From the NCBI GenBank assembly GCA_900617105.1, contig UYFQ01000260.1, forward strand, positions 186,001 through 250,000: a stretch of DNA of 64,000 nucleotides, given 5' to 3'. Below are positions 12,221 to 22,738 of the stretch, one piece after another (position 1 is the stretch's first letter; every line of letters begins with the position of its first letter). The notes below the pieces were generated by a model. That model was not told where the DNA came from, did no database searches, and saw only the letters and a program-made list of their open reading frames with translations. The translations under genes and the position numbers were made by a program. Source of the DNA: Hydrurus foetidus. Lineage: Eukaryota.

Positions 12221-14792
12221 CTCCTCTGCGCCTGTGGCGATCGACGCCTTTCAGGGCGTTCACGCCTCGCTGCCGCACGACAGCGCGACGCGCCACGTGG
12301 CGGGCTCGGCCGTCTATATCGACGACATGCCCGAGCCTGCGGGGATGCTGCACGTCCATTTCGGGCTCAGCACCAAAGCCCATGCCCACATCACGGCGAT
12401 GGACCTGTCGGCCGTGCGCGCGGCGCCGGGCGTGGTGCTGGTGCTGACCGCCGCCGACATCCCCGGTGAGAACGACGTCAGCCCGGTGATCCACGACGAC
12501 AAGCTGTTCGCCACCGACACCGTGACCTATGTCGGCCAGAGCCTGTTCGCGGTGGCCGCCACCTCGATCGCCGCCGCTCGCGCCGCCGCCGCGAAGGCGG
12601 TGATCGCTTATGCCGAGCTGCCGGCCGCCATCGACATCAAGGCCGCCCGCGCCGCCGACCTGAAGATCGAGGCCAGCCAGCGCATGGCGCGGGGCGACGC
12701 GGCGGCCGCCCTGGCCGCCTCGCCCCGGCGATTGCAGGGCCAGTTCGCCATCGGCGGGCAGGACCACTTCTATCTCGAGGGGCAAGTGGCCCTGGCCATG
12801 CCGGGCGAGGGCGGCGACGTCCATGTCTGGTCGTCCACCCAGCATCCCAGCGAGGTGCAGCATCTGGTGGCCCGGGTGCTGGACCGCCCGCATACCTCGG
12901 TGACCATCGAGGTGCGCCGGATGGGGGGCGGGTTCGGCGGCAAGGAAACCCAGGCCTCGCTGTTCGCCGCCGGCGCCGCCCTGGTGGCGGTCAAAACCGG
13001 CCGCGCCGCCAAGTGCCGGCCGGATCGCGACGAGGACATGGTCATGACCGGCAAGCGGCATGACTTCGAGGTCGGCTATGACGTCGGCTTCGACGACGAC
13101 GGGCGCCTGACCGGTATCGCCCTTGAGCTGGCCTCGCGGTGCGGCGCGACCACCGACCTGTCGATGGCCATCAACGACCGGGCGATGTTCCACGCCGACA
13201 ACTGCTATTTCCTGCCGGCGGTCGAGATCCTGTCTCACCGCTTCCGCACCCATACGGTTTCCAACACCGCCTTCCGGGGTTTTGGCGGGCCGCAGGGGAT
13301 GATCGCCATCGAGCGGGTGATGGACGCCGTCGCGCAAGCCACGGGTCTCGACCCTCTGGAGGTGCGCCGCCGCAATCTCTATGGCGAGCCTGGCCGCGAC
13401 CTGACGCCCTATCACCAGACCGTCGAGGACAATGTCGCGCCGCAGCTGCTGGCCGAGCTGGCGGCCTCCTGCGACTACGAGGCCCGGCAGCGCGAGATCG
13501 ACGCGTTCAACGCGGCCAGCCCGATCCTGAAAAAGGGCCTGGCCCTGACACCGGTGAAGTTCGGCATCTCGTTCACGACCACGCACCTGAACCAGGCCGG
13601 CGCCCTGATCCACCTCTATGCCGACGGCTCGATCCTGTTGAACCATGGCGGCACCGAGATGGGGCAGGGGTTGTTCACCAAGGTCGCCCAGATTGTCGCC
13701 GAGGCTTTCCAGGTCGACGTTTCGCGGGTGAAGGCCACCTCGACCGTCACCGACAAGGTGCCCAACACCTCGGCTACGGCCGCCTCGTCGGGCACGGACC
13801 TGAACGGCATGGCGGCGCTGAATGCGGCCAATACGATCAAGGCGCGGCTGGTTGAGTTCGCGGCAATAAAGTGGGGCTGCGCAGAGGCCGATGTCGCCTT
13901 TACGCCGCAGGGACTGAAGGCCGGCGAGCAGATGATCCCCTTCGAGATCCTGTGCCGCCAGGCGCATATCGGCCGGGTATCGCTGTCCTCGACGGGCTTC
14001 TACGCCACGCCCAAGATCCACTATGATCGCGCCACTCACAGCGGCCGACCGTTCTTCTATTTCGCCTATGGCGCGGCCTGCAGCGAGGTGATCATCGATA
14101 CGCTGAGCGGCGAGATGAAGGTCACCCGCGCCGACATCCTGCACGACGTGGGCCGGTCGCTGAACCCGGCTATCGACCTGGGCCAGATCGAGGGCGGCTT
14201 CATCCAGGGCATGGGCTGGCTGACCACCGAGGAGCTGGTGTTCGACGACCAGGGCCGCCTGCGCACCCACGCCCCCTCGACCTACAAGATCCCGACCCTC
14301 GGCGACCGTCCGGCCCATCTGGACGTCAAGCTGTGGGCGGCCGGCCGCAATGTCGAGGCCACCGTCCACCGCTCCAAGGCCGTGGGCGAGCCGCCGCTGA
14401 TGCTGGCGATCTCGGTGTTCTCGGCGATCACCCGGGCCGTGGCCAGCGTGGCCGATCACAAGGTGATGCCGCGTCTTGATGCGCCGGCGACGCCGGAGGC
14501 GATTCTGATGGCGGTCGAGGACGTGAAGGCGAGGGCCAATGTTTGGGGCCCTCTCCCAGAGGGAGAGGAGGGGCCCGCGCCAAAGGCGTGGGAGGATGAG
14601 GGGTTACCCGGTAGCCGGCGTGCCGGCACTTCGTCGAACACCGTAACCCCTCACCCTCCCATGCTGCGCATGGGCCCCTCCCTCTCCCTCTGGGAGAGGG
14701 TCGAGCTGGGCCCGCGCCGCCTGGCGCGTATCGCGGTCGACGAGGCCGCCGCCCTGGTCACCGTCCTCGCCACGAAGGCTCGGCCCGCGTGA
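12213..14792 (+). CDS. xdhB: Xanthine dehydrogenase molybdopterin subunit; homology ends ~14540 and the ORF reads on through a palindromic repeat
   Basis: [46 protein letters not shown]. Confidence 0.95.
14549..14700. repeat. Family A palindromic repeat (CCCTCTCCC...GGGAGAGGG) at the xdhB/xdhC junction
   Basis: CCCTCTCCCAGAGGGAGAGG...CCCTCTCCCTCTGGGAGAGGG terminal inverted repeats with nested hairpins; same architecture as 17443 and 26035. Confidence 0.85.
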
Positions 14793-15704
14793 AGCCGGGA
14801 CCAGATGGTGGTCTGGGAGCGGGCGGTCTGGCACCATCGGCGGCGGCAATCTGGAGCATCAGGCGACCACCAGGCGCGCCGGATGCTGACCGGCTCGCAG
14901 GCCAGCTTCGCCATCCAGGACTATCCGCTGGGCCCGCTGCTGGCCCAGTGCTGCGGCGGTCGCGTGCGGCTGCTGATCGAGCGGGTCGAGGCCGCCAGCC
15001 GCGACTGGCTGACCGACGCCGCCCGCCGGATGGACGCAGCCCAGCCGTTCGAGGTCCGCACCCGCTTCAACCCCGGCCTGCTGACCAAGACCGTCGCCCC
15101 GATCGCCGCCAGTTCCGAGGCCCCGCCGGTCACCCTGGCGGGCGCCCAGGCCACGGCGCGCGGCGCCCGACCGGCGCTGGGCGACGAGCTGGTCGAGCGC
15201 AACGACGCCCCGCGTCCGCCGCTGCTGGTCTTCGGCGCCGGCCATGTCGGACAGGCCGTCGCCCGCGCTTTTGCGCCGCTGCCCTTCAAGCTGTCCTGGT
15301 TCGACAGCCGACCCGAGACCGCCGACCTTCCCGGCGTCACCGTGCTGGAGCCGGCCGAGATGGCCGCCGCCGCTATGGGGGCGGGCGGCGACGCCTATGG
15401 CCTGATCTTCACCCACGACCATGGCCTGGACTATGCCCTGGCCTCGGCCGGGCTGGCCGGCGGCGGCTTTGCCTATCTGGGCCTGATCGGCTCGAAGACC
15501 AAGCGCGCCCGGTTCATGAGCCGGCTGCGCGATGACGGCTTCTCGGAAGCCGCGCTCACCCGCCTGACCTGTCCGATCGGCCTGCCGCATCTCAGGAGCA
15601 AGGCCCCGGAGGTGATCGCCGTCTCGGTGGCCGCCGACCTGCTGATGCGGCTGGAAGCGGCCCGAATTTCCAATGACGAGGATCTGGCCGTTGCAAGCCT
15701 ATAG
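14702..15704 (+). CDS. xdhC: Xanthine dehydrogenase accessory protein (N-terminus frameshifted)
   Basis: [71 protein letters not shown]. Confidence 0.9.
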
Positions 15705-16974
15705 GGCGTCGATCCTCCACCTTCTGGAGGATCCGGCGAAACACGAGGAGGCTGTCGCCTTCCACGAGGACGGCCTGCTGCTGGTCGAGGACGGTCATGT
15801 CGTGGCCTGCGGCGACTATGCGGCGCTGCACGACCTGCTGGGCGCTACGCCGGTCGAGGACCTGACCGGCAAGCTGATCACCTCCGGCTTCATCGACACC
15901 CACATCCACTTCCCGCAGGTCGACATCATCGCCGCCCATGGCGCGCAGCTGCTGGACTGGCTGGAGCAGCACACCTTCCCGGCCGAGGCCGCCTTTGCCG
16001 ATCCGGCCCACGCGGCCGAGGCCGCCGAGTTCTTCGTCAAGGAGCTGCTGCGCAACGGCACCACCACGGCCCTGGTGTTCGGCTCGGTCCACAAGGGTTC
16101 GGTCGAGGCGCTGTTCCGGGCGGCGCTGGCGCGCGACATGCGGCTGATCGCCGGCAAGGCGCTGATGGATCGCAACGCGCCGCAGGGCCTGACCGACACG
16201 GTCGCGTCCAGCCGCGCCGACATGCAAGGCCTGATCGCCGACTGGCACGGCAAGGGGCGGCTGGGCTATGCCGTCACCCCGCGCTTCGCCATCAGTTGCA
16301 GCGACGAACAGCTGGCCATGGCGGGCGAGGTTCTCGCGGCCAATCCCGGGGTCTGGATGCAGACCCATCTGTCGGAAAACCAGCGCGAGATCGACGAGAC
16401 GGCGGCGCTGTTTCCGCAGGCGAGCGACTATCTGGATGTCTATGACCGCTTTGGCCTGCTGGGCCAGCGCTCGGTCTTCGCCCACTGCGTCCACCTGCAG
16501 GGCGAGGCGTTCTCGCGGCTGGCGGCCAAGGGCGGGGCGGTGGCGTTCTGCCCGACCTCGAACCTGTTCCTGGGCTCGGGCCTGTTCCCGCTGGAGACCG
16601 CCTGCGCCCACGGGGTCAAGGTCGGCATCGGCACGGACGTAGGGGCGGGGACGACCTTCTCGATCCTTCACACCCTGGGCGAAGCCTACAAGGTGGGCCA
16701 GCTGCGAGGGACGGCGCTGGATCCGTTCCAGGCCCTGTATCTGGCCACCCTGGGCGGGGCGCGGGCCCTGGATCTGGGCGACCGGATCGGCAATCTGGCG
16801 CCCGGCAAGGAAGCCGATTTCCTGGTTCTGGACCTTGCCGGCACGCCGCTGCTGGCGCGGCGCCTGGGCGGCGACCGCAGCCTGGAGAACCGGCTGTTCG
16901 CCCTGACCGTGCTGGGCGATGACCGGGTGGTGGAGCGGACCTATCTGGCCGGTGTCGAGCAGCATCGGCGGTAG
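15673..16974 (+). CDS. guaD: Guanine deaminase (true start may be TTG at 15691)
   Basis: GFIDTHIHFPQ, QLLDWLEQHTFPAE, YAVTPRFA, QTHLSEN, FCPTSNLFLGSGLF, GTDVGAGT. Confidence 0.96.
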   Translation: MTRIWPLQAYRASILHLLEDPAKHEEAVAFHEDGLLLVEDGHVVACGDYAALHDLLGATPVEDLTGKLITSGFIDTHIHFPQVDIIAAHGAQLLDWLEQHTFPAEAAFADPAHAAEAAEFFVKELLRNGTTTALVFGSVHKGSVEALFRAALARDMRLIAGKALMDRNAPQGLTDTVASSRADMQGLIADWHGKGRLGYAVTPRFAISCSDEQLAMAGEVLAANPGVWMQTHLSENQREIDETAALFPQASDYLDVYDRFGLLGQRSVFAHCVHLQGEAFSRLAAKGGAVAFCPTSNLFLGSGLFPLETACAHGVKVGIGTDVGAGTTFSILHTLGEAYKVGQLRGTALDPFQALYLATLGGARALDLGDRIGNLAPGKEADFLVLDLAGTPLLARRLGGDRSLENRLFALTVLGDDRVVERTYLAGVEQHRR

Positions 16975-16994
16975 TGGGGCAGGGCAGCGGACAC

Positions 16995-17413
16995 GGGTTT
17001 CGGCCTCACGCGACGGCTCGCTGAGTTATGGAAAGGGTCGCGGAGCGTCCGGACCACGTCCGGATGAGAGATAGAGAATACCGTTTCGACGAAGCCGAGC
17101 GCTCCGCGTGGTCGTTATCCGTCAGCGTCCCGTCAGGTGGCCCTGTTCAGGCCTTACCGGGAGCCGGTCTCTCGCGTTTCCGCGAAGGAACCGGCGGTCG
17201 AGGCGGGCGAGCCAAGCTAATGACTAATGAACACACCCGTCTGTCCTCATCCACGCCGACGGCGGGCGGGCCTGCCAGCAACCAGGTCCCCGGACCGGTC
17301 GAGTATCCCCCTCGACCCCAGTCCCGCTCGATCACCCCCCGCCGCCGCAATGGTCGCTGGCCTTGCGCCCTTTCCTCGCGACGAGGTGGGACAAGAATAC
17401 GGGAGGTTTTAGC
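16995..17413 (-). ncRNA. Candidate large structured non-coding RNA/element, family unknown
   Basis: Dense nested inverted repeats, a long-range closing helix (17030-37 with 17368-75), GAAA tetraloop on the minus strand, no credible ORF. Confidence 0.5.
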
Positions 17414-17442
17414 GGGCTGCGTCGATTGTCTGGACGCCCGTA

Positions 17443-17561
17443 CAAGTCCTCCCCCTGCGGGGGAGGTGATCGCGAAGCGATCGGAGGGGGAAGTGCTGCT
17501 GAATCAATGCGGTGTTCCCCCACCGGCCTCCGGCCGCCTCCCCCTTCAGGGGGAGGACTTG
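17443..17561. repeat. Family A palindromic repeat
   Basis: CAAGTCCTCCCCCTGCGGGGGAGG...CCTCCCCCTTCAGGGGGAGGACTTG terminal inverted repeats; close copy at 26035. Confidence 0.85.
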
Positions 17562-17623
17562 AGGCGTCGATCCCCGTACCCATCCGGGGATAGCGCGATC
17601 CCAATCCCCGCAGGGGCCAGTGG

Positions 17624-18580
17624 CTAGGCCTTCATCGTCTCGGCATAGAGCTTCAACAACCCCGCCTCATCCACCGCCACGGTCACCGCCTGGATCGGCT
17701 GGTCGTCCCAGGCCGATGGGCCAAACAGCTCGCCCTCGGCCTTCTGGCAGGTCTGGCCCAGGGCGATGCCCTCGGTCACCACCCGCACCGAGCCGCGACG
17801 CAGTGTGAACAGCGACGGGTCGATCACGAACGCCACCGCCGCCGCGTCATGGACGCAGCAGCCCTCGATGCCGTCGCGGCTGCCGTAAAAGGCGGCATAG
17901 GGCTTGGAGATTTCGTTGAGGAACTGACCGGCGGCGCCGGCCGAGGCCTCCAGCGCGTCCATATAGGCCGGCGACATCACCACCTGGGTGGTGATGTCCA
18001 GGCTGACGGCGGTCAGGGCCCAGGGGGCGGTGAAGACCTGGTCGGCGGCCTCGGGATCGTTCCAGATATTGGCCTCGGCCACCGGGGTGACATTGCCCGG
18101 CTTGCCGGCCACGCCGAACGCGCCGCCCATGATCACCACGGCCTTCAGCAGGGTCGCGACCTCCGGGTCGGCCTGCAGGGCCAGGGCCAGGTTGGTCAGC
18201 GGGCCGACCGCGACCAGGGTCACCTCGCCGGGATGCTGGCGGGCCAGATCGATGATCGCCTGATGGGCGGGTTTGGCCTCGGGCTGGGCGGCAACCAGGC
18301 CGGTCAGCTCGACATCGCCCAGGCCGTTCTCGCCGTGCACGAAGGTGGGCGAGGGGTTGCGCGGCCGGGTCAGGGGCTTGTCGGTTCCCTTGAACACCGG
18401 CGCGGCCAGACCGAAGCGCTGCTTCAGATAGAGCGCGTTGCGGGTGGTGGTCTCGATGTCGGAATTGCCGAAGATCGTGGTGATGGCCAGCAGGTCCAGG
18501 GCCGGGCTGGCCGCGATGAACAGCAGGGCCATGGCGTCGTCGATGCCGGGATCGGTGTCGAAAATGATCTTGTGCGTCAT
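17624..18580 (-). CDS. Inosine/uridine-preferring nucleoside hydrolase
   Basis: KIIFDTDPGIDDAMA, HGENGLG, AVGPLTNLA, AEANIWNDPEAA, CCVHDAAA. Confidence 0.95.
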   Translation of the reverse strand: MTHKIIFDTDPGIDDAMALLFIAASPALDLLAITTIFGNSDIETTTRNALYLKQRFGLAAPVFKGTDKPLTRPRNPSPTFVHGENGLGDVELTGLVAAQPEAKPAHQAIIDLARQHPGEVTLVAVGPLTNLALALQADPEVATLLKAVVIMGGAFGVAGKPGNVTPVAEANIWNDPEAADQVFTAPWALTAVSLDITTQVVMSPAYMDALEASAGAAGQFLNEISKPYAAFYGSRDGIEGCCVHDAAAVAFVIDPSLFTLRRGSVRVVTEGIALGQTCQKAEGELFGPSAWDDQPIQAVTVAVDEAGLLKLYAETMKA

Positions 18581-18589
18581 GGGCGGGCT

Positions 18590-19006
18590 CTAGCGGTTTT
18601 CGGGCGGCGGCGCGAGGCGCTGGTCGGCCCCGGCTTGCAGGAGTGAGACGTGGGCGGAGGCGACTTTCCAGCCGTCGGCCGTGCGGATCCAGGTCTGGCT
18701 CTGGCGGCCGGTCTTGTCGGACCCGTCGCGCTGGAACTCGACATTGGCGATGGCGAAGTCGTCGCCGAAGGTGGTGATTTCGGTGCGCAGGCGGGTGCGC
18801 GGCGGCGAGCCGCCGGCCCGGCCGACGCGGAAGGCGGCGATCTGGTCGAAGCCATACAGGTTCTCGGCCACGCCCAGCCGCACGGTGTGCGGCGAGTTCC
18901 AGAACGCGCCGTCCAGAGCCTCGACATCGTTGGCCATCAGCGCCGTCTCATAGGCGTCGACGGCCTCGGCGACCTGGGCCAGCACCACGGGGTTGTTGAG
19001 GATCAC
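18590..19006 (-). CDS. hpxZ: AtzH-like / oxalurate catabolism protein HpxZ (DUF3225)
   Basis: YETALMANDVEALD..FW, ENLYG..IAAFR, GRQSQTWIR..GWKVASAHVS. Confidence 0.85.
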   Translation of the reverse strand: MILNNPVVLAQVAEAVDAYETALMANDVEALDGAFWNSPHTVRLGVAENLYGFDQIAAFRVGRAGGSPPRTRLRTEITTFGDDFAIANVEFQRDGSDKTGRQSQTWIRTADGWKVASAHVSLLQAGADQRLAPPPENR

Positions 19007-20396
19007 AGCGGGCCTCCCGGCGCATGGGCGGCCACGACGCCCAGCCTCTGCAGCTTCAGGCCGGCGGCCAGGGCCAGGTCCTCGCGCCACGCCGGGGCGA
19101 TGATCTGGACGCCGATGGGCAGCTGGCCCGGCGGTTCACCGGCGCGGCCAGCACGGGCAGGCCGATATAGCTGATCGGCTGGGTGAAGGCGCCCAGGTTC
19201 TTGCGGACGGAAACCGGCTGGCCGCCCATCTCCATTGTCGCCTGGCCGATGCCGGGGGCGGGGCAGACCGAGGACGGGGCCAGCAGGATATCGAAGCGCT
19301 CGAACGCGCGGGCGACCTCGTCGCGGAAGAGCGTGCGGTAGCGCTGGGCGGCCTGGGCGACGCCATCGGGCAGCAGGGCGCCGGCCAGCAGGCGGTCGCG
19401 GACAGCGGGATCGTAGTCCATGGCCGAGGTCTTCAGGTCGGCCAGATGCAGATGGGCCGCCTCCACCGGCGTCAGGCAGAAGGCGGCGGCGCGGGCGGCC
19501 TGGGCGCCGGGCAGGATCACGCGGTCGCGGGCGCCCAGAGCCTGGGCCACGATGTCCAGCGCCGCCAGCACCTCGGGAAAGGCGCCCTGCGCGAACCAGC
19601 CGCCCAGCACGCCCACGCGCAGGGGGCCGTCGGCCAGGGCGGCAATCCTGTCGGACACCGGTTCGGCGGCACGGGTGCAGATGTGGTCGCCCTCGACGTC
19701 CGGCCCCTGCATCACGTCATAGGCCAGGGCCAGGTCTTCGATCGACCGCGCGAAGGCGCCGGCGTGGTCCAGGCTCTCGACGAAGGGAAACACGCCCTGG
19801 CGCGACAGGCGGCCATAGGTGGGCTTGAGGCCAAACACCCCGCACAGGCTGGCCGGAATGCGGATCGAGCCGTTGGTGTCCGAGCCCAGGGTCAGGGGCG
19901 CCAGGCCCGCCGCCACCGCCGCCGCCGAACCGCCCGACGAGCCGCCGGCGATGCGGCTCAGGTCGTGGGGATTGTGGGTCGGGCCGTCGTGGGCGTTCTC
20001 GGTGACGAAGCCATAGGCGAACTCGTCCATGTTCAGCGCGCCGACCAGGACGGCGCCGGCGGCTTCCAGCCGCTGGACCAGGGTGGCGTCGCGTGAGGGC
20101 GGCGTGGCGCCGCGCCGGATCTTCGAGCCGGCCAGGGTGGGCAAGCCCGCGATGTCGAACAGGTTCTTGACCGCGAAGGGCACGCCGGCCAGCGGCCCGA
20201 CCGGTGATCCGGCGGCGAGGGCGGCATCCACCCGGTCGGCCTGGGCGAGGGCGCGCTCGGTCAGCACGGCGGTGAAGGCGTTGATCGCGTCATTGCGGCG
20301 GCCGATGCGCGACAGGGTGGCCTGGGTGACGGCGCGGGCGGTCACGCGACCGGCGCGGACCTCGCCGGCGATCTCGACGACGCTGGGAAAGGTCAT
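19003..20396 (-). CDS. AtzE/HpxY-family Ser-cisSer-Lys amidase (frameshift near the C-terminus)
   Basis: GVPFAVKNLFD, LNMDEFAYGF, GGSSGGSAAAV, LGSDTNGSIRIPASLCG. Confidence 0.9.
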
Positions 20397-20406
20397 GGCT
20401 GGAAGG

Positions 20407-20625
20407 TCATGGCTGGAAGTTCTGGGCCGGCGCGTCGGCGCGGCCGTCCAGGGCGGCGACGAACAGGGCGGTCTGGGTGCGCAGCAGGGCCAGGTTCTCG
20501 CGCACGGCGGCCAGGGTCGGCTCCGGCAGGGTCAGGCCGATATCGGCCGCCCGCGCATCGGCATAGTCGGCGACGTCGCCGTCGGTGAGGTCGAGAAAGG
20601 CCTTGAGCGCCGCGTCGATCGCCAT
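20407..20625 (-). CDS. AtzG/HpxX-like small protein (DUF4089-like)
   Basis: 72 aa, YADARAADIGLTLP...AVRENL, ends in APAQNFQP, directly upstream of the AtzE-like amidase. Confidence 0.7.
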   Translation of the reverse strand: MAIDAALKAFLDLTDGDVADYADARAADIGLTLPEPTLAAVRENLALLRTQTALFVAALDGRADAPAQNFQP

Positions 20626-20860
20626 CGTGGGGCGGTCTCCCTAAGTAAGAAAATTCTTCATATACCGGCGTCGTGGGGGCGCGCTAGTGCGGCGGCGCCT
20701 GGGCGGCCCGGCGCGCGGGGGCGCACGTCTGGGAGACAGTCTGCGCGCCAAACGCCCGCTGCAAGGGCGCCTTGCGGCAATCGACCGGGGCGAGGCCGCG
20801 CGGGCCTTGGGTCTGGCGCCGGATCGGCGTCGAGATGGCCGCTTGTAAGAGAAGGCTTAC

Positions 20861-21810
20861 TTGATGCGCCACCACCTCGCCTCGACCCCCGAGACCATCC
20901 GCTTTGGCATGTTCGACGCGGCCTTTGATCCCGTGCTGACCATCGCCTCGGGCGACAGCGTCACGTTCGAGTGCGTCTCGGGCGGGGTCGAGGTTATGCC
21001 GGGCCCGGACAGCGGCCTGACGATCCCGCCGGCCCTGCAGGCGATCCACGACGCCCGGCCCGAGCGGATCGGCCCCCACATCCTGACCGGCCCGGTGGCC
21101 ATCGCCGGGGCCGAGCCGGGCGACACGCTGGAGGTGCGGATCGAGGCCGTCGAGCCCAACAACGACTGGGGCTATTGCGCCGTGCGGCCGCTGGCCGGGA
21201 CCCTGCCGGAGGATTTCCCGGAGCGCTATGTCAGCCACATCGCCGTCGATCGCGCGGCCGGGACCTGCAAGCCCGACTGGGGTCCGACCCTGCCGCTGAA
21301 GCCGTTCTTCGGCACCATGGGCGTGGCCCCGCCGGCGAAATATGGCCGCCTGTCCAGCCGCGAACCGCGCGAGCACGGCGGCAATATGGACAATACGGAG
21401 CTGGGGGCCGGCGCGACCCTGTATCTGCCGGTCTGGGTTCCCGGCGCCATTTCTCGGTCGGCGACGGCCACGGACGGCAGGGCGACGGCGAGGTCTGCGT
21501 CAACGCTCTGGAGATGGGCCTGACCGGGACCTTCACCTTCATCCTGCACAAGGCGGCCGATCTGGGCGCAGCCACCTGGCCCCGGGCCGAGACCCAGACC
21601 CACTACATCGTCATGGGCTTCAACGAGGATCTGGACCTGGCCATGAAGCAGGCCCTGCGCGGCATGATCGACTTCATCACCGCCCGCTCTGCCCTGACGC
21701 GGGTGCAGGCCTATCAGTTCTGCTCGCTGGCCGTGGACTTTCGGGTGACCCAGACGGTGAACGGTGAAAAGGGCGTGCACGGAATGCTGGAGAAGGGTGT
21801 TCTTTTTTAG
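20861..21810 (+). CDS. Acetamidase/formamidase-family amidohydrolase (one frameshift ~21447)
   Basis: GPHILTGPVAIAGAEPGDTLEV, PFFGTMGVAP, HGGNMDN, SVGDGHGRQGDGEVC..ALE. Confidence 0.9.
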
Positions 21811-21905
21811 AAGCCGATGTCGGCGATCGGCGGTCTCGAACGTTCTCGGCTTATCGACGAACGAAAAATGCGCGATCCTCGCAGCGCGCCGCCAAGGGAA
21901 ACGCC

Positions 21906-22580
21906 ATGAAGAAGATCCTCGTCGCCTCGGTCTTTCTGGCCCTGGCCGCCTGCTCGCCCAAGCCTGCCGCCGAGAAGGCGCCGCCGCCTGCCGCCGCCAA
22001 GCCCGCGCCGGTCAATGTGCCGGCCGGGGCCTACACGCTCGACAAGAGCCACTCGACGGTGGTGTTCAAGGTCAGCCATCTGGGCTTTTCCAACTACACC
22101 GCCAGCTTTGCCGAGTTCGACGCCAGGCTGAACTTCGATCCGGCCAAGCCGGAGCTGACCACGCTGGAGGCGACGATCGATCCGCGCTCCCTGACGCTGC
22201 CGGCCCCGCCGGCGGGGTTCAAGGATGAGCTGGTCGGGCCGCAGTGGCTGAACGCGGCGCAGTATCCGGCCATCACCTTCAAGTCGACCAAGGTCGAGGT
22301 CACCGGCGCCAACACCGCCAGGGTCACCGGCGACTTCACCCTGCATGGCGTGACCAAGCCGGTGGTGCTGGATGTGACCTTCAACGGCGGCTATGCCGGC
22401 CATCCAATGGACCCGCAGGCCCGGACCGGCTTCTCGGCCACCGGGACCTTCAAGCGTTCGGACTTCGGGATCGCCTATGGCGTGCCCGCGCCCGGCACGA
22501 CCATGGGCGTCGGCGACGAGGTGGCGGTGGCGATCGAAACCGAATTCAGCGGCCCGCCGCTGGCGGCGGCGGCGCAGTAG
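21906..22580 (+). CDS. YceI-family lipid/polyisoprenoid-binding lipoprotein
   Basis: Lipobox LAAC; YTLDKSHSTVVFKVSHLGFS, GDFTLHGVTKPV, GFSATG..KRSDFG. Confidence 0.9.
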   Translation: MKKILVASVFLALAACSPKPAAEKAPPPAAAKPAPVNVPAGAYTLDKSHSTVVFKVSHLGFSNYTASFAEFDARLNFDPAKPELTTLEATIDPRSLTLPAPPAGFKDELVGPQWLNAAQYPAITFKSTKVEVTGANTARVTGDFTLHGVTKPVVLDVTFNGGYAGHPMDPQARTGFSATGTFKRSDFGIAYGVPAPGTTMGVGDEVAVAIETEFSGPPLAAAAQ

Positions 22581-22587
22581 AGTTCAG

Positions 22588-22689
22588 TGTCATCCCGGAA
22601 GCCTCGCAGAGGCTATCCGGGACCGCCGAAAGCGCGGCGCTCAGGCGTCGGTCCCGGATCTTCACGCTGCGCGCTCGTCCGGGATGACA
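22588..22689. repeat. Family B REP-like palindrome (TGTCATCCCGG...CCGGGATGACA)
   Basis: Terminal inverted repeats with internal hairpins; copies at 27392, 39072 and 40914. Confidence 0.85.
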
Positions 22690-22738
22690 ACCGTTTTTGA
22701 GGACAGGCCATAGCCCTCCCCCAGCGGGGAGTATCTTC

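Noticed and set aside
12183..15704. XdhB-XdhC fusion protein
   Set aside because: The frame changes around 14700-14870 fit indel errors; separate coupled genes are more likely
12186..16965. Long antisense ORFs (757 aa, 457 aa), and similar ones elsewhere
   Set aside because: Typical high-GC antisense shadows of real genes, with no motifs of their own
17028..17627. 199-aa ORF across the structured element and repeat
   Set aside because: Arg/Pro/Ser-rich, atypical codon usage, runs through a palindromic repeat, no domain signature
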